Shown in pieces: positions 28,004 through 38,956 of a stretch of DNA of 60,264 bases (its first letter is position 1; each line of letters opens with the position of its first letter). Both the position numbers and the translations under genes were made by a program. This stretch comes from Gammaproteobacteria bacterium (lineage in GTDB: Bacteria > Pseudomonadota > Gammaproteobacteria > Steroidobacterales > PWYM01): assembly GCA_003567855.1 (NCBI GenBank), contig PWYM01000267.1:1-60264 (forward strand), in the 5' to 3' direction. Below the pieces are notes generated by a model, which saw only the letters and a list, made by a program, of their open reading frames with translations, was not told the DNA's origin and did no database searches.

Positions 28004-28770
28004 GCAGGCGAGGCGTGGAGGGTGCGGTCGCGCTGGTGACCGGCGCGAATCGCGGCATAGGCGCGGCGTTCGTCGACGCGCTGCTCGCCGCAGGAGTTCT
28101 GCGCGTGCACGCCGGTGCACGTGATCCGGATACGCTTGCCGGCTTGCTGGAACGCCATGGCGGCCGAGTGGTGGCGCACCGGTTGGACGTGACGCGGACT
28201 GCGGACGTCGCGGCCGTTGCGGCGGCAGCTGCCGATACGACGGTGCTGGTCAACAACGCCGGCGTGTTCCGCAACCAGCGACTGTTCGACACCTCGGATC
28301 CGGAGGCGGCCCGCGAGGAGATGGAAGTCAACTATTTCGGCGTGCTTGCCATGTGTCGTGCATTCTCGCCGATCCTTGCCGACAACGGCGGCGGTGCCAT
28401 CGTCAACGTGCTCTCGGCTGCGGCGCTGGCGAACGTGCCGGTCATGGGCGGCTACAGTCCGTCGAAGGCGGCAGCCCGTTCGCTCACGGCAGCACTGCGT
28501 GCCGAGCTCGGACACCTCGGCATCACCGCACACGCGTTGATCGTCGGCTCGGTGGACACGCGCATGGCAGCGCACGTGCGCGGCGACAAGGCTGATCCGG
28601 CCGACATCGCGCGCGCCGGGATTGCGGCGATACGCCATGACCTGCCGGAAGTCGATACCGACCCGATGGCGGTGGCGGTGCGCGCCGCCATCGCCAGGGA
28701 TCCGCGCGAGTTCGAACGCCAGATGACGGCCATGCTGTCGTCACCAACACTACACACGGGGCGTGGCTGA
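28000..28770 (+). CDS. SDR family oxidoreductase
   Basis: TGANRGIG, NNAG, NVLS, YSPSK. Confidence 0.9.
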   Translation: MSRRGVEGAVALVTGANRGIGAAFVDALLAAGVLRVHAGARDPDTLAGLLERHGGRVVAHRLDVTRTADVAAVAAAAADTTVLVNNAGVFRNQRLFDTSDPEAAREEMEVNYFGVLAMCRAFSPILADNGGGAIVNVLSAAALANVPVMGGYSPSKAAARSLTAALRAELGHLGITAHALIVGSVDTRMAAHVRGDKADPADIARAGIAAIRHDLPEVDTDPMAVAVRAAIARDPREFERQMTAMLSSPTLHTGRG

Positions 28771-29605
28771 CTCCGGTCCGCTGCCCAACGACGGAGTTCT
28801 GCAGATGGACTGGATGGAGTTCCTGACCCTCGCCGGCGCCAATTTCGTGCTGATCATGGTGCTGATGATCGCGTTATGGGGTGTGTCGGTCGCGATACGC
28901 GACTCGAGCATTGCCGATATCTACTGGGGCACCGGGCTGATCATCGCCGCCTGGTTCACATGGGCGATCTCCGATGGCGTCGAAGCGCGGCGCCTACTGG
29001 TGCTCGCCCTGGTCACGGCGTGGGGGCTCCGGCTCAGTCTTTACCTGTTGTGGCGCAACTGGGGCGCGGAGGACGCGCGTTACGCCCGCTTGAGACGCCA
29101 CATCGAGGAACAGGGTGGCAACTACGCGCTGCACAGTCTCAAGCACGTGTACCTGCTGCAGGGCTTTTTCATGTGGGTGATCTCGCTGGTGCTGATCTTC
29201 TCGCTGTCTTTGGATGCACCGCCCACGCTGGGTGTGCTCGCGTGGACGGGTGTCGCGCTGTGGAGTGTCGGCATGTTTTTTGAGACGGTCGGTGACTGGC
29301 AGCTCGCACGTTTCCGTGCCGACCCCGCGAATGCCGGCAAGGTCATGGATCGGGGGCTGTGGCGCTACACGCGTCACCCCAACTATTTCGGCGAAGCCTG
29401 CGTGTGGAGCGGATTCTTCCTGATCGCACTCGAACATCCGGCGGGCATCGTCACCGCGGTCAGCCTTCTCACGATTCTCTACGCGCTCATCGGCCCGACC
29501 GGAAAAGGGCTCCTCGAGCGTCGTATGAGCAAGAAACGCCCCGATTTCGAAGCCTACGTCCGGCGCACCAGCGGGTTTTTCCCGTTGCCGCCGAAGCGGG
29601 ACTGA
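28763..29605 (+). CDS. DUF1295 membrane protein (steroid 5-alpha-reductase/ICMT-like fold)
   Basis: SIAD..WG, WG.RL, ED.RY, GLW..TRHPNYFGE, Y...TS.FFP. Start may be 28806. Confidence 0.88.
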   Translation: MADSGPLPNDGVLQMDWMEFLTLAGANFVLIMVLMIALWGVSVAIRDSSIADIYWGTGLIIAAWFTWAISDGVEARRLLVLALVTAWGLRLSLYLLWRNWGAEDARYARLRRHIEEQGGNYALHSLKHVYLLQGFFMWVISLVLIFSLSLDAPPTLGVLAWTGVALWSVGMFFETVGDWQLARFRADPANAGKVMDRGLWRYTRHPNYFGEACVWSGFFLIALEHPAGIVTAVSLLTILYALIGPTGKGLLERRMSKKRPDFEAYVRRTSGFFPLPPKRD

Positions 29606-29737
29606 GAGGTCTCCCGTCCACCTGCCGCGGCTGGCCACTACGCGACACATGCGCTAACGTCTCGGTCGGCGAATGACTGCCACGGTCGCTCGGAGCGGCC
29701 TGGAGGTCCCGCCTGACATGCAGTCACGGGAGCGAGA

Positions 29738-30631
29738 ATGCGTCGACTCAGGCACAGCCACCCGAACGGCACGGTTTGGTGTGCAGCGCTGGTAACCGCT
29801 TCGGTTATGTGGAGTCCGGCCGAGGCGCAGGCCGAGCCGGCCAACGGCTACCACCGTCCCGACCACGACACCACGGTCTATGCCGGCACTGCGCTCGTCA
29901 GCCGCTACGTCGCGCGCGGCATCGTGTTCGCCGACGGCGCGTCGTTTCAGCCATGGGTGGAATTCGACGTACCTGTGCTCCAGGAGCGTTTCGGCGACAG
30001 CCTCGCGCCAAGATTGCGCTTTGGCAGCTGGAACAGCGTCAACCTCGGTGATTCGGACACCGGTCGACCCCAGGGTGGACTGGAGGAGAACCTGCGGCAC
30101 TGGTACGAAACCGACGTCTACGCCGGTGTCTCGCTCTCACTGACCGAGCGCATGTCCGGCACGTTGACCTACTTCGTATACAGCTCGCCTTCGGACAGTT
30201 TCAGCACCAGCACCGACCTCGAGGCGCGCATCAATTACGCTGATGCCGATTCCTGGCCCTGGCCGGGCTTTGCTCTCAACCCGGCGCTGCGTGTGACGCG
30301 GGAGTTGCGTCGACCCACCGGCTCGGGGCGCTGGTATTACCAGCCGTCGCTCACGCCGAGTCTCACGTTCGGCAACCGGCCGTACACGCTGCAGGTGCCG
30401 CTGGTGGCGGGCTTCTCCCCGGATGACTGGTACGTGGATGCCCAGGGCAATACGATCAGGAGGGGATTTTTCCAGACGGGCCTCAGCCTCGGCATACCGT
30501 TCGAAGTCTGGTCGATCGCGTGGAGCGCGACCGCAGCCGTAGACGCGTACCTGCCTGACAGCGATGCCCAGAACGGCTTCGACGACAGCCTCGAACTCGT
30601 CTGGCGGATCGGTCTGAGTACCGCCTTCTGA
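29738..30631 (+). CDS. Putative outer-membrane beta-barrel protein (TorF/Gcw_chp-like)
   Basis: Signal peptide, S.YV.RG..F....S.QP and E.D.Y.G motifs, alternating amphipathic strands, terminal Phe. Confidence 0.65.
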   Translation: MRRLRHSHPNGTVWCAALVTASVMWSPAEAQAEPANGYHRPDHDTTVYAGTALVSRYVARGIVFADGASFQPWVEFDVPVLQERFGDSLAPRLRFGSWNSVNLGDSDTGRPQGGLEENLRHWYETDVYAGVSLSLTERMSGTLTYFVYSSPSDSFSTSTDLEARINYADADSWPWPGFALNPALRVTRELRRPTGSGRWYYQPSLTPSLTFGNRPYTLQVPLVAGFSPDDWYVDAQGNTIRRGFFQTGLSLGIPFEVWSIAWSATAAVDAYLPDSDAQNGFDDSLELVWRIGLSTAF

Positions 30632-30678
30632 GCGGCAGCTGCAGTGGTCCACATGCACGGGAATTATTGGAGTCCGGG

Positions 30679-32781
30679 ATGAAGGTTCATCCGATCATTT
30701 TCACCGTATCGGCCACGGTGATCCTGCTGTTCCTGATTGCGGGAGGACTGTTCAGCGAAACGCTCGGTCAGGCCCTCGGATTCGCTCAGGACTGGATCAT
30801 CGAGCGCTTCGGCTGGTTCTACGTGGCCGCAGTGGCGGGTTTCTTCGTGTTCGTGATATGGCTGTTCTTCAGTCCGTACGCCAACGTCAAGCTTGGCAAG
30901 GACGAGGACGAACCCGAGTTCAGCTACTGGGCGTGGTTCGCGATGCTGTTCAGCGCCGGTATGGGTATAGGGCTGCTGTTCTTCAGCGTTGCCGAGCCGA
31001 TGCTGCACTTCGCAGACCCGCCAAGGGGGCTGGAGGCTGGCAGTACCGAGGCCGCCCGCCAGGCGATGACGGTCACGTTCTTCCACTGGGGGCTGCATGC
31101 ATGGACGATCTACATCATCATCGCCGCGGCGCTCGCATTTTTCAGCTTCAGGCACGGGCTGCCGCTTGCGCTGCGTTCGGCGCTATACCCGCTGATAGGC
31201 AAGCATGTGCGCGGGCCCATCGGGCACGTCGTCGACATCATCGCCGTGTTCGGGACGGTGTTCGGTCTGGCGACGTCGCTGGGGTTCGGCATCATGCAGA
31301 TCAATGCCGGCCTCAGTCATATCGGCTTTATCGATGAGTCGGTCAGAAACCAGGTGATCCTCATCGCGGTGATCACGCTGGCCGCCACGATTTCGGCCGG
31401 ACTTGGGCTTGACCGCGGCATCCGCAGGCTCAGCGAACTGAACCTCGGACTGGCCGGTGGACTGCTGCTTTTCGTGCTGCTGACCGGCCCGACTCTGTTC
31501 CTGTTGTCGTGGTTCGTGCAGAGTCTCGGCAGTTACCTTACGAATCTCGTGAGCCTCACGTTCAGGACAGATGCACTCATCGGCCTCGAGTGGCAGAAGG
31601 GCTGGACGATGTTCTACTGGGCGTGGTGGATTTCCTGGTCGCCGTTCGTCGGAATGTTCATCGCCAGAATCTCGCGCGGGCGTACACTGCGCGAGTTCAT
31701 TGCAGGCGTCCTCGCGGTTCCGACGACATTGACCTTTTTCTGGTTGACGGTGTTCGGCGGGACCGCGCTGCACATGGAGATTTTTCATGGTATCCCGCTG
31801 GCACAGGCCACCCAGGACAACGTCGCCACCGCAATCTTCACTATGCTCGACCAGTTGCCGATCGCGATGATCAGCGCGACGCTTGCGGTGATCGTGGTAA
31901 CGATCTTCTTCGTGACTTCGGCCGATTCCGGTGCGCTGGTCATCGATGCGATCACCTCCGGTGACCACCCGGAACGCCCTGCCTTCCAGCGCGTGGGCTG
32001 GTCGGTCGCGGTCGGTGGCGTGGCTGCCGTGCTGCTCGTCACGGGTGGCCTGGGTGCATTGCAGACCGCGGCGATCATTACCGCGTTGCCGTTTGCGGTG
32101 CTGATGATATTCATCTGCATAGGGTTGACGCGCGGATTGCGCGCCGAGGTGCGCACCCACGATCCCTTCTCGAGGCTGATGAAACGGATCAAGCGCGTGA
32201 CGGGAATCAACCCCGTGTCGGGTGCCCCCGTAGAACCGGGTGCGCCGGCGTCCGCGATACCGACCTCGCCGCCCCGGGCACAGGTAAGGCCTCCGGCGGC
32301 ACCACGGCCGGGTGATTACTCCGGGATGCCTCGCTTCAGCGGAAACTTCGGCGAGAATCTCGACGCGTTGATGCGGCGCGTGGCCGAGGCGCGCCGCAGC
32401 GAACCGAGTGTCGAGAAGGCCGAACGGGCGGTCAACCGTTTCGTCAGGGACACGGTGCTGCCCGCGTTCGAGGAGATCCGTGAGCGGCTCAAGGCTTACG
32501 GGCGGGAGGTCGTGATCGAGCATACCGAACAGGATGCCTCTCTGGTCGTGATGTACGGTGACCAGGAGGAGTTTGCCTACGGCATTTACGGCCACGTGTA
32601 CCAGCCGCTGGAGTTCGCATTTCCGAATCTAAAGGGGGGCGCCAGCCGTCGACCGCCCGTGGAAAAGGCGGAGGTGGTGCTGCGCACCGGTGGCAGCCGC
32701 GAGTACGAGATCCGTGAGTGGACCCGGGAGGGCATACTCAATGACTTCCTCGATGCCTACGCAACGTGGATGGGCTGGTGA
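30679..32781 (+). CDS. BCCT family (betaine/choline/carnitine) transporter with long C-terminal domain
   Basis: MLFSAGMGIG, FHWGLHAW, WAWWISWSPFVG.FIARISRGRT, TSADSG. Confidence 0.94.
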   Translation: MKVHPIIFTVSATVILLFLIAGGLFSETLGQALGFAQDWIIERFGWFYVAAVAGFFVFVIWLFFSPYANVKLGKDEDEPEFSYWAWFAMLFSAGMGIGLLFFSVAEPMLHFADPPRGLEAGSTEAARQAMTVTFFHWGLHAWTIYIIIAAALAFFSFRHGLPLALRSALYPLIGKHVRGPIGHVVDIIAVFGTVFGLATSLGFGIMQINAGLSHIGFIDESVRNQVILIAVITLAATISAGLGLDRGIRRLSELNLGLAGGLLLFVLLTGPTLFLLSWFVQSLGSYLTNLVSLTFRTDALIGLEWQKGWTMFYWAWWISWSPFVGMFIARISRGRTLREFIAGVLAVPTTLTFFWLTVFGGTALHMEIFHGIPLAQATQDNVATAIFTMLDQLPIAMISATLAVIVVTIFFVTSADSGALVIDAITSGDHPERPAFQRVGWSVAVGGVAAVLLVTGGLGALQTAAIITALPFAVLMIFICIGLTRGLRAEVRTHDPFSRLMKRIKRVTGINPVSGAPVEPGAPASAIPTSPPRAQVRPPAAPRPGDYSGMPRFSGNFGENLDALMRRVAEARRSEPSVEKAERAVNRFVRDTVLPAFEEIRERLKAYGREVVIEHTEQDASLVVMYGDQEEFAYGIYGHVYQPLEFAFPNLKGGASRRPPVEKAEVVLRTGGSREYEIREWTREGILNDFLDAYATWMGW

Positions 32782-32783
32782 CC

Positions 32784-33131
32784 ATGATGCCCGCGTCAAG
32801 GCGCCTGCGCGTTTGTGGACTTGTGCTGGGGATGGCGCTCACGGGCGGCTGCGAGCGCGAACCGCCGGCGCCGGTCGCCGTCGAGCTCGAGCTGTTGGTC
32901 GCTCAGCAGCAGAATTTCCGCGGCCAGCTCGTGCAGACTTCGGGCACCGTGCGGGGCTTCGATGATCCGCGCCACTTCTGGATCGAGGACGACGCACTCA
33001 ACCGCGTGGAACTGGTGCCGGCCGATTTCGTCTCGGAATTCGTCGACAGGGAAGTGACCGTGATCGGGCGTTTCACGGTGCCCGACGGCGAACAGGGCCG
33101 GCGTATCGACGTGCGCACGATCAGGCCCTGA
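32784..33131 (+). CDS. Hypothetical lipoprotein (possible OB-fold)
   Basis: Lipobox-like TGGC; G..V...G.V and V.V.G.F beta pattern; 2 bp after BCCT stop. Confidence 0.6.
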   Translation: MMPASRRLRVCGLVLGMALTGGCEREPPAPVAVELELLVAQQQNFRGQLVQTSGTVRGFDDPRHFWIEDDALNRVELVPADFVSEFVDREVTVIGRFTVPDGEQGRRIDVRTIRP

Positions 33132-33162
33132 AGTCGCCTCGCGGGCGTCGATCGCTTACCCT

Positions 33163-34401
33163 ATGCGGTTTGGTTCGCGCCCGAGGTTCGCCCCCGTGTC
33201 AGACAACGCTTCCGAGTCCGTGACTGCGCCCGTGCGCCGGCTGACCGTCGACGGTGCCGAGGTCACGCTGCTGGGCACGGCGCATATTTCCCGGCGCAGC
33301 GCCGAGGACGTGCGCGAGGCGCTTTCGAGGGAAGACTTCGACGCGGTCGCAGTCGAACTCTGCCGGCCGCGGCTCGAGCGCATGACGGATAGGCATGACT
33401 GGCGCGACCTCGACCTGCTCGCGGTGATCCGCTCGGGCCGTGCCGGCATGGTAGCCGCCCAGCTTGCGCTGTCGGCCTACCAGAAGCGGCTCGGGGAACA
33501 GCTCGGTGTAGAGCCCGGCAGCGAGATGGCCGCCGCGGTGGCCGTCGCGCGTGAGCAGGGGCTGCCGCTCTGGCTGGTGGACCGCGATATCGGTATCACG
33601 ATGAAACGCGTCGTGCGCGGCGTTCCATGGTACCAGCGCTGGACGCTGATCACCGGCATCCTGACGACCTTCCTGACCCGCAGCCGCATCGATGAGCGCC
33701 AGGTCGAGGCGCTCAAGCAGGGCGACATGCTCGAGAGCACGTTCACCGAGTTTGCTGAGTCCTCACCTGCACTTTACGAGGCACTGGTCGCCGAGCGTGA
33801 CCGGTACATGGCCGCGCGGCTGCGCGAGCAGATCGCGCGCGAACGCCCGCAGCGCGTCCTCGTCGTGATCGGCGCCGGGCACCTCGACGGCTTGGCAAAA
33901 GCGCTGGAAGGTGACGCCGACCCGCTGGCGACGCAGCGCACACTCGAAGCGATTCCGCCGCGCGGACGCTTCCTGCGGCTGCTGCCGTGGTTGGTCGTCG
34001 GGGTGATCTTCACCGGCTTCGCGATCGGGTTCTCACGCAGCCCGGAGCTCGGGCGCCAGCTCGTCGTCGAGTGGGTGATGATCAACGGGACGCTTACGGC
34101 CGTAGGCGCGCTGCTCGCGCGTGCACACCCGTTGAGCATCGGCGCCGCCTTTCTCGCCGCGCCGCTCACGTCGCTGAACCCAACCGTGGGTGCGGGCATG
34201 GTCATCGCCGCGGTGCAGACCGCCGTGGCGCCGCCGCGCATGCAGGATTTCGACACCGTGCGCGAAGACATCGTCAGGCTGGCCGGATGGTGGCGCAACC
34301 GGGTGTCGCGCATACTGCTGGTGTTCGTGTTCTGTACCGTCGGATCGGCCGCGGCGACCTACATCGCCGGGTTCAGGATTTTCGAACGGCTCGCATCCTG
34401 A
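33163..34401 (+). CDS. TraB/PrgY (pheromone shutdown) family protein
   Basis: LLGTAHIS, VAVELC, PG.EM, DRDI, ERD.YMA, VIGAGH; C-terminal TM helices. Start may be GTG 33196. Confidence 0.88.
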   Translation: MRFGSRPRFAPVSDNASESVTAPVRRLTVDGAEVTLLGTAHISRRSAEDVREALSREDFDAVAVELCRPRLERMTDRHDWRDLDLLAVIRSGRAGMVAAQLALSAYQKRLGEQLGVEPGSEMAAAVAVAREQGLPLWLVDRDIGITMKRVVRGVPWYQRWTLITGILTTFLTRSRIDERQVEALKQGDMLESTFTEFAESSPALYEALVAERDRYMAARLREQIARERPQRVLVVIGAGHLDGLAKALEGDADPLATQRTLEAIPPRGRFLRLLPWLVVGVIFTGFAIGFSRSPELGRQLVVEWVMINGTLTAVGALLARAHPLSIGAAFLAAPLTSLNPTVGAGMVIAAVQTAVAPPRMQDFDTVREDIVRLAGWWRNRVSRILLVFVFCTVGSAAATYIAGFRIFERLAS

Positions 34402-34449
34402 CCGGCTGTGGTTGCACGCGCGGCGCGAGACCCGCTGCTGCGGGTCTTC

Positions 34450-35010
34450 TCACGATGCCTCGTGCCACTTGATCGAGCACCCCATGCTCGGCGTCTGCGC
34501 CTGCGGGCCCTCGCCCGATTCGGCAACCAGCATCATCGCATCGAGCAGCTCGCGCGGCGCGTCCGCTGGCGGAGGCTCGGTGCGGCCCGCATCGAGCCGG
34601 CCTCGGTACTGCAGTTCGAGTTTCGCGTTGTAACCGAAGAAGTCCGGCGTGCACACGGCGCCGTAGGCGTGGGCGACCGCCTGGCTTTCGTCGATGAGGT
34701 ACGGGAACGTGAAGCCGTGGGTCTTCGCGAATACCTGCATGTTTTCGAACGAGTCTTCGGGATAGTTTTCGGTGTCGTTGGGCATGATCGCGACGGTGCC
34801 GATGCCAGCGTGTGCCAGCGCCTGGCAATCGCGGACGATGCGCGGGATCGCCGCTTTCACGTAAGGGCAGTGATTGCAGATGAACATCACCAGCAACCCC
34901 CGTTCGCCACGGCAGTCGGCCAGTGTCCACGTGCGCCCGTCGACGCCGCGCAGCGCAAAGTCCACGGCCGGCTGGCCGAAATCACACACCGGGGTTTCCA
35001 TTCTGGGCAT
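34450..35010 (-). CDS. Thioredoxin-fold/AhpC-TSA family protein (PRX-like1)
   Basis: FICNHCPYV, A.CTPDF, YRGR.D, GCSIKW. Confidence 0.9.
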   Translation of the reverse strand: MPRMETPVCDFGQPAVDFALRGVDGRTWTLADCRGERGLLVMFICNHCPYVKAAIPRIVRDCQALAHAGIGTVAIMPNDTENYPEDSFENMQVFAKTHGFTFPYLIDESQAVAHAYGAVCTPDFFGYNAKLELQYRGRLDAGRTEPPPADAPRELLDAMMLVAESGEGPQAQTPSMGCSIKWHEAS

Positions 35011-35045
35011 TTCTGATCCTCCAGGCGGACTGGGGGCGACGGCGC

Positions 35046-35795
35046 TCAGTCGAGCCAGAGGCCGCAGCCGCGATAAGTGCGTTCATTGCGCGTGACGTTG
35101 ACCTGCAGCGGGTATCGCTGACCGGCCATGTCCTCGATGCATTCGCGCTGTTCGATGGCGATCGCGAGGCGTTCGCCGGAGTCGGTGCGCGTCTCCAGTT
35201 CCCACCTGTACATGCCGCGACCGGCCGACGCGTCGGCGAGCCGGAACCGGTATTCGCGCTCGCCGTAGTCGGCCAGCCAGGTGCTGTCGTCACCGTCGCG
35301 CAGCAACAGGCGCCAGCCCGGCTCGTTGCCGCGCCCGAGCAGCACCGCGCCCTCGGCGCGGGCTTCCTCCCAGCCCTGCCACACGCGCGCGGACACGCAG
35401 TGCCATTCGCCGTGGCCGGCGACCCGATAGTCGGCATCGACCTCGCGCAGCGTAAGCTCCCGATCGTCGGACGAGAACCGCTGGTGGTCGCCGCGAGTCG
35501 GCGCCAGCTGCAGGGCCGCATCACCGCGCCCGACGACCACGCCATCGCTATCCCGCTCTATGGACAGCATCAGCGCAGCGTCGCAGACGAAGAACGTGCT
35601 GTCGGCGGCGGGCGACGTATCCATAGTTTCGAGTTCGGGGACGGCATCGAGGGCACCCCGCTGGGTGGTGCCGGCACAGCCCCAGAGCAGCAGGGCGGGC
35701 AGCACGACTGCGAGCGCGTGGCCGGCGAACCTGACGGCGAGCCGACCGCGGTGCGCAGCCCGGCAACGACGGCGAGAGGGAGCGTGACAGGACAT
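35046..35795 (-). CDS. Lipoprotein with MliC-like and COG3650-type domains
   Basis: Lipobox LWGC; GRGNEPGW, C..DM.G..YP, YRGCG. Start uncertain. Confidence 0.65.
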   Translation of the reverse strand: MSCHAPSRRRCRAAHRGRLAVRFAGHALAVVLPALLLWGCAGTTQRGALDAVPELETMDTSPAADSTFFVCDAALMLSIERDSDGVVVGRGDAALQLAPTRGDHQRFSSDDRELTLREVDADYRVAGHGEWHCVSARVWQGWEEARAEGAVLLGRGNEPGWRLLLRDGDDSTWLADYGEREYRFRLADASAGRGMYRWELETRTDSGERLAIAIEQRECIEDMAGQRYPLQVNVTRNERTYRGCGLWLD

Positions 35796-35908
35796 CGCGA
35801 TCACTATACCCATACACGGGCGGCCACCCAAGTTCGCGCGGACGGGCCGGCCGGTGAGAGAATGGTCCGTCCTTTCACCGCGCCGGCGGGTGCCGGCTGG
35901 GAGTGCAG

Positions 35909-36673
35909 ATGGCCGCAGCTCATGAGCCGCTGAAGGGTCGCGTGTCCGGCGAGGAGTGGGCGCAGCGCGTGGATCTTGCGGCGTGTTACCGGCTGATCGC
36001 GTCATTCGGGTGGGACGACCTGATCTTCACGCATATTTCAGCGCGGGTGCCGGGCACGCATGACGCGTTTCTCGTCAACCCGTATGGCCTGCTGTTCGAC
36101 GAGATCACGGCATCCAGCCTCGTCAAGGTCAATCTGGGCGGCGAGGTCGCCGATGATGCCCGCGGGTCGATCAATCCGGCCGGTTTCACGATACACAGCG
36201 CCGTGCACGAGGCGCGACCCGACGTCGACTGCGTGGTCCACCTGCACACCCCGTCGGGGGTCGCGGTGTCGGCGCAGGAGCACGGGCTGCGCCCGATCAC
36301 GCAGACGGCACTGCTGCCGTGCGCATCGCTCGCCTACCATGACTACGAGGGCCTGGCGCTGAACGCCGACGAGAAGAAGCGCCTCGTGGACGACCTCGGC
36401 GACCGCAGTTTCATGATCCTCCGCAATCACGGCACGCTCGCAGTCGGGCCCAGCATTGCCGATGCGTTTCTGGCGATCTACGTGCTGGAACGCGCGTGCG
36501 AGGCGCAGGTGCTGGCACAGTCCGGTGGCGGGGCGCTGCGGGAGGTACCACGTGCGATCGTCGATGGCATCCGGGAGCAGGCCGCGAAGGTCACCGGCGG
36601 CCTCGGGGGACAGCTCGCGTGGCCGGCGCTGCTGCGCCGTCTCGACCGGCAGGATCCGTCGTTCAGGCACTGA
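35909..36673 (+). CDS. Class II aldolase/adducin family protein
   Basis: DLAACYR, THISARVP, GFTIHSAVH, VHLHT, LRNHG. Confidence 0.9.
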   Translation: MAAAHEPLKGRVSGEEWAQRVDLAACYRLIASFGWDDLIFTHISARVPGTHDAFLVNPYGLLFDEITASSLVKVNLGGEVADDARGSINPAGFTIHSAVHEARPDVDCVVHLHTPSGVAVSAQEHGLRPITQTALLPCASLAYHDYEGLALNADEKKRLVDDLGDRSFMILRNHGTLAVGPSIADAFLAIYVLERACEAQVLAQSGGGALREVPRAIVDGIREQAAKVTGGLGGQLAWPALLRRLDRQDPSFRH

Positions 36674-36722
36674 TCGCCGCCGTCAAGCTGTCGTGCCCGG
36701 CGTCATCCTGATACCCTTGACT

Positions 36723-36834
<112 letters not shown>

Positions 36835-36880
36835 ACTGAATCCAACCGCGGCCGGCGCAACGCGCCGGCCAGGGGCTCCC

Positions 36881-38536
<1,656 letters not shown>

Positions 38537-38560
38537 TCTCGCATAGTAAATGGAGCACAG

Positions 38561-38893
38561 ATGATGAAGGGCGGAATAGGCCAGCTCATGAAGCAGGCCC
38601 AGCAGATGCAGGAAAACATGCAGAAGGCGCAGGAGGAGCTTGCGCAGACCGTGGTCACCGGCGAAGCCGGAGGCGGCATGGTGCGCGTGCAGATGACCTG
38701 CCGCCACGAGGTGCGCGCGGTCGAGATCGACGACAGCCTGCTCGGCGATGACCGTGACATGCTCGAGGACCTGATCGCGGCTGCGTGCAACGACGCCGCG
38801 GCGCGCGTCGAACGGACCACCCAGGAGAAAATGTCCGGCCTGACCTCGGGCATGCAGCTGCCGCCGGGCATGAAGATGCCGTTTCAGCTCTGA
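38561..38893 (+). CDS. ybaB: YbaB/EbfC nucleoid-associated protein
   Basis: [26 protein letters not shown]; dnaX-ybaB-recR synteny. Confidence 0.95.
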   Translation: MMKGGIGQLMKQAQQMQENMQKAQEELAQTVVTGEAGGGMVRVQMTCRHEVRAVEIDDSLLGDDRDMLEDLIAAACNDAAARVERTTQEKMSGLTSGMQLPPGMKMPFQL

Positions 38894-38956
38894 CGCGGTC
38901 ATGGGCTTCACGGCGTTTCGGCGGGTCGCGGCCACGCGTTGCGGGTACCCGCAGGG

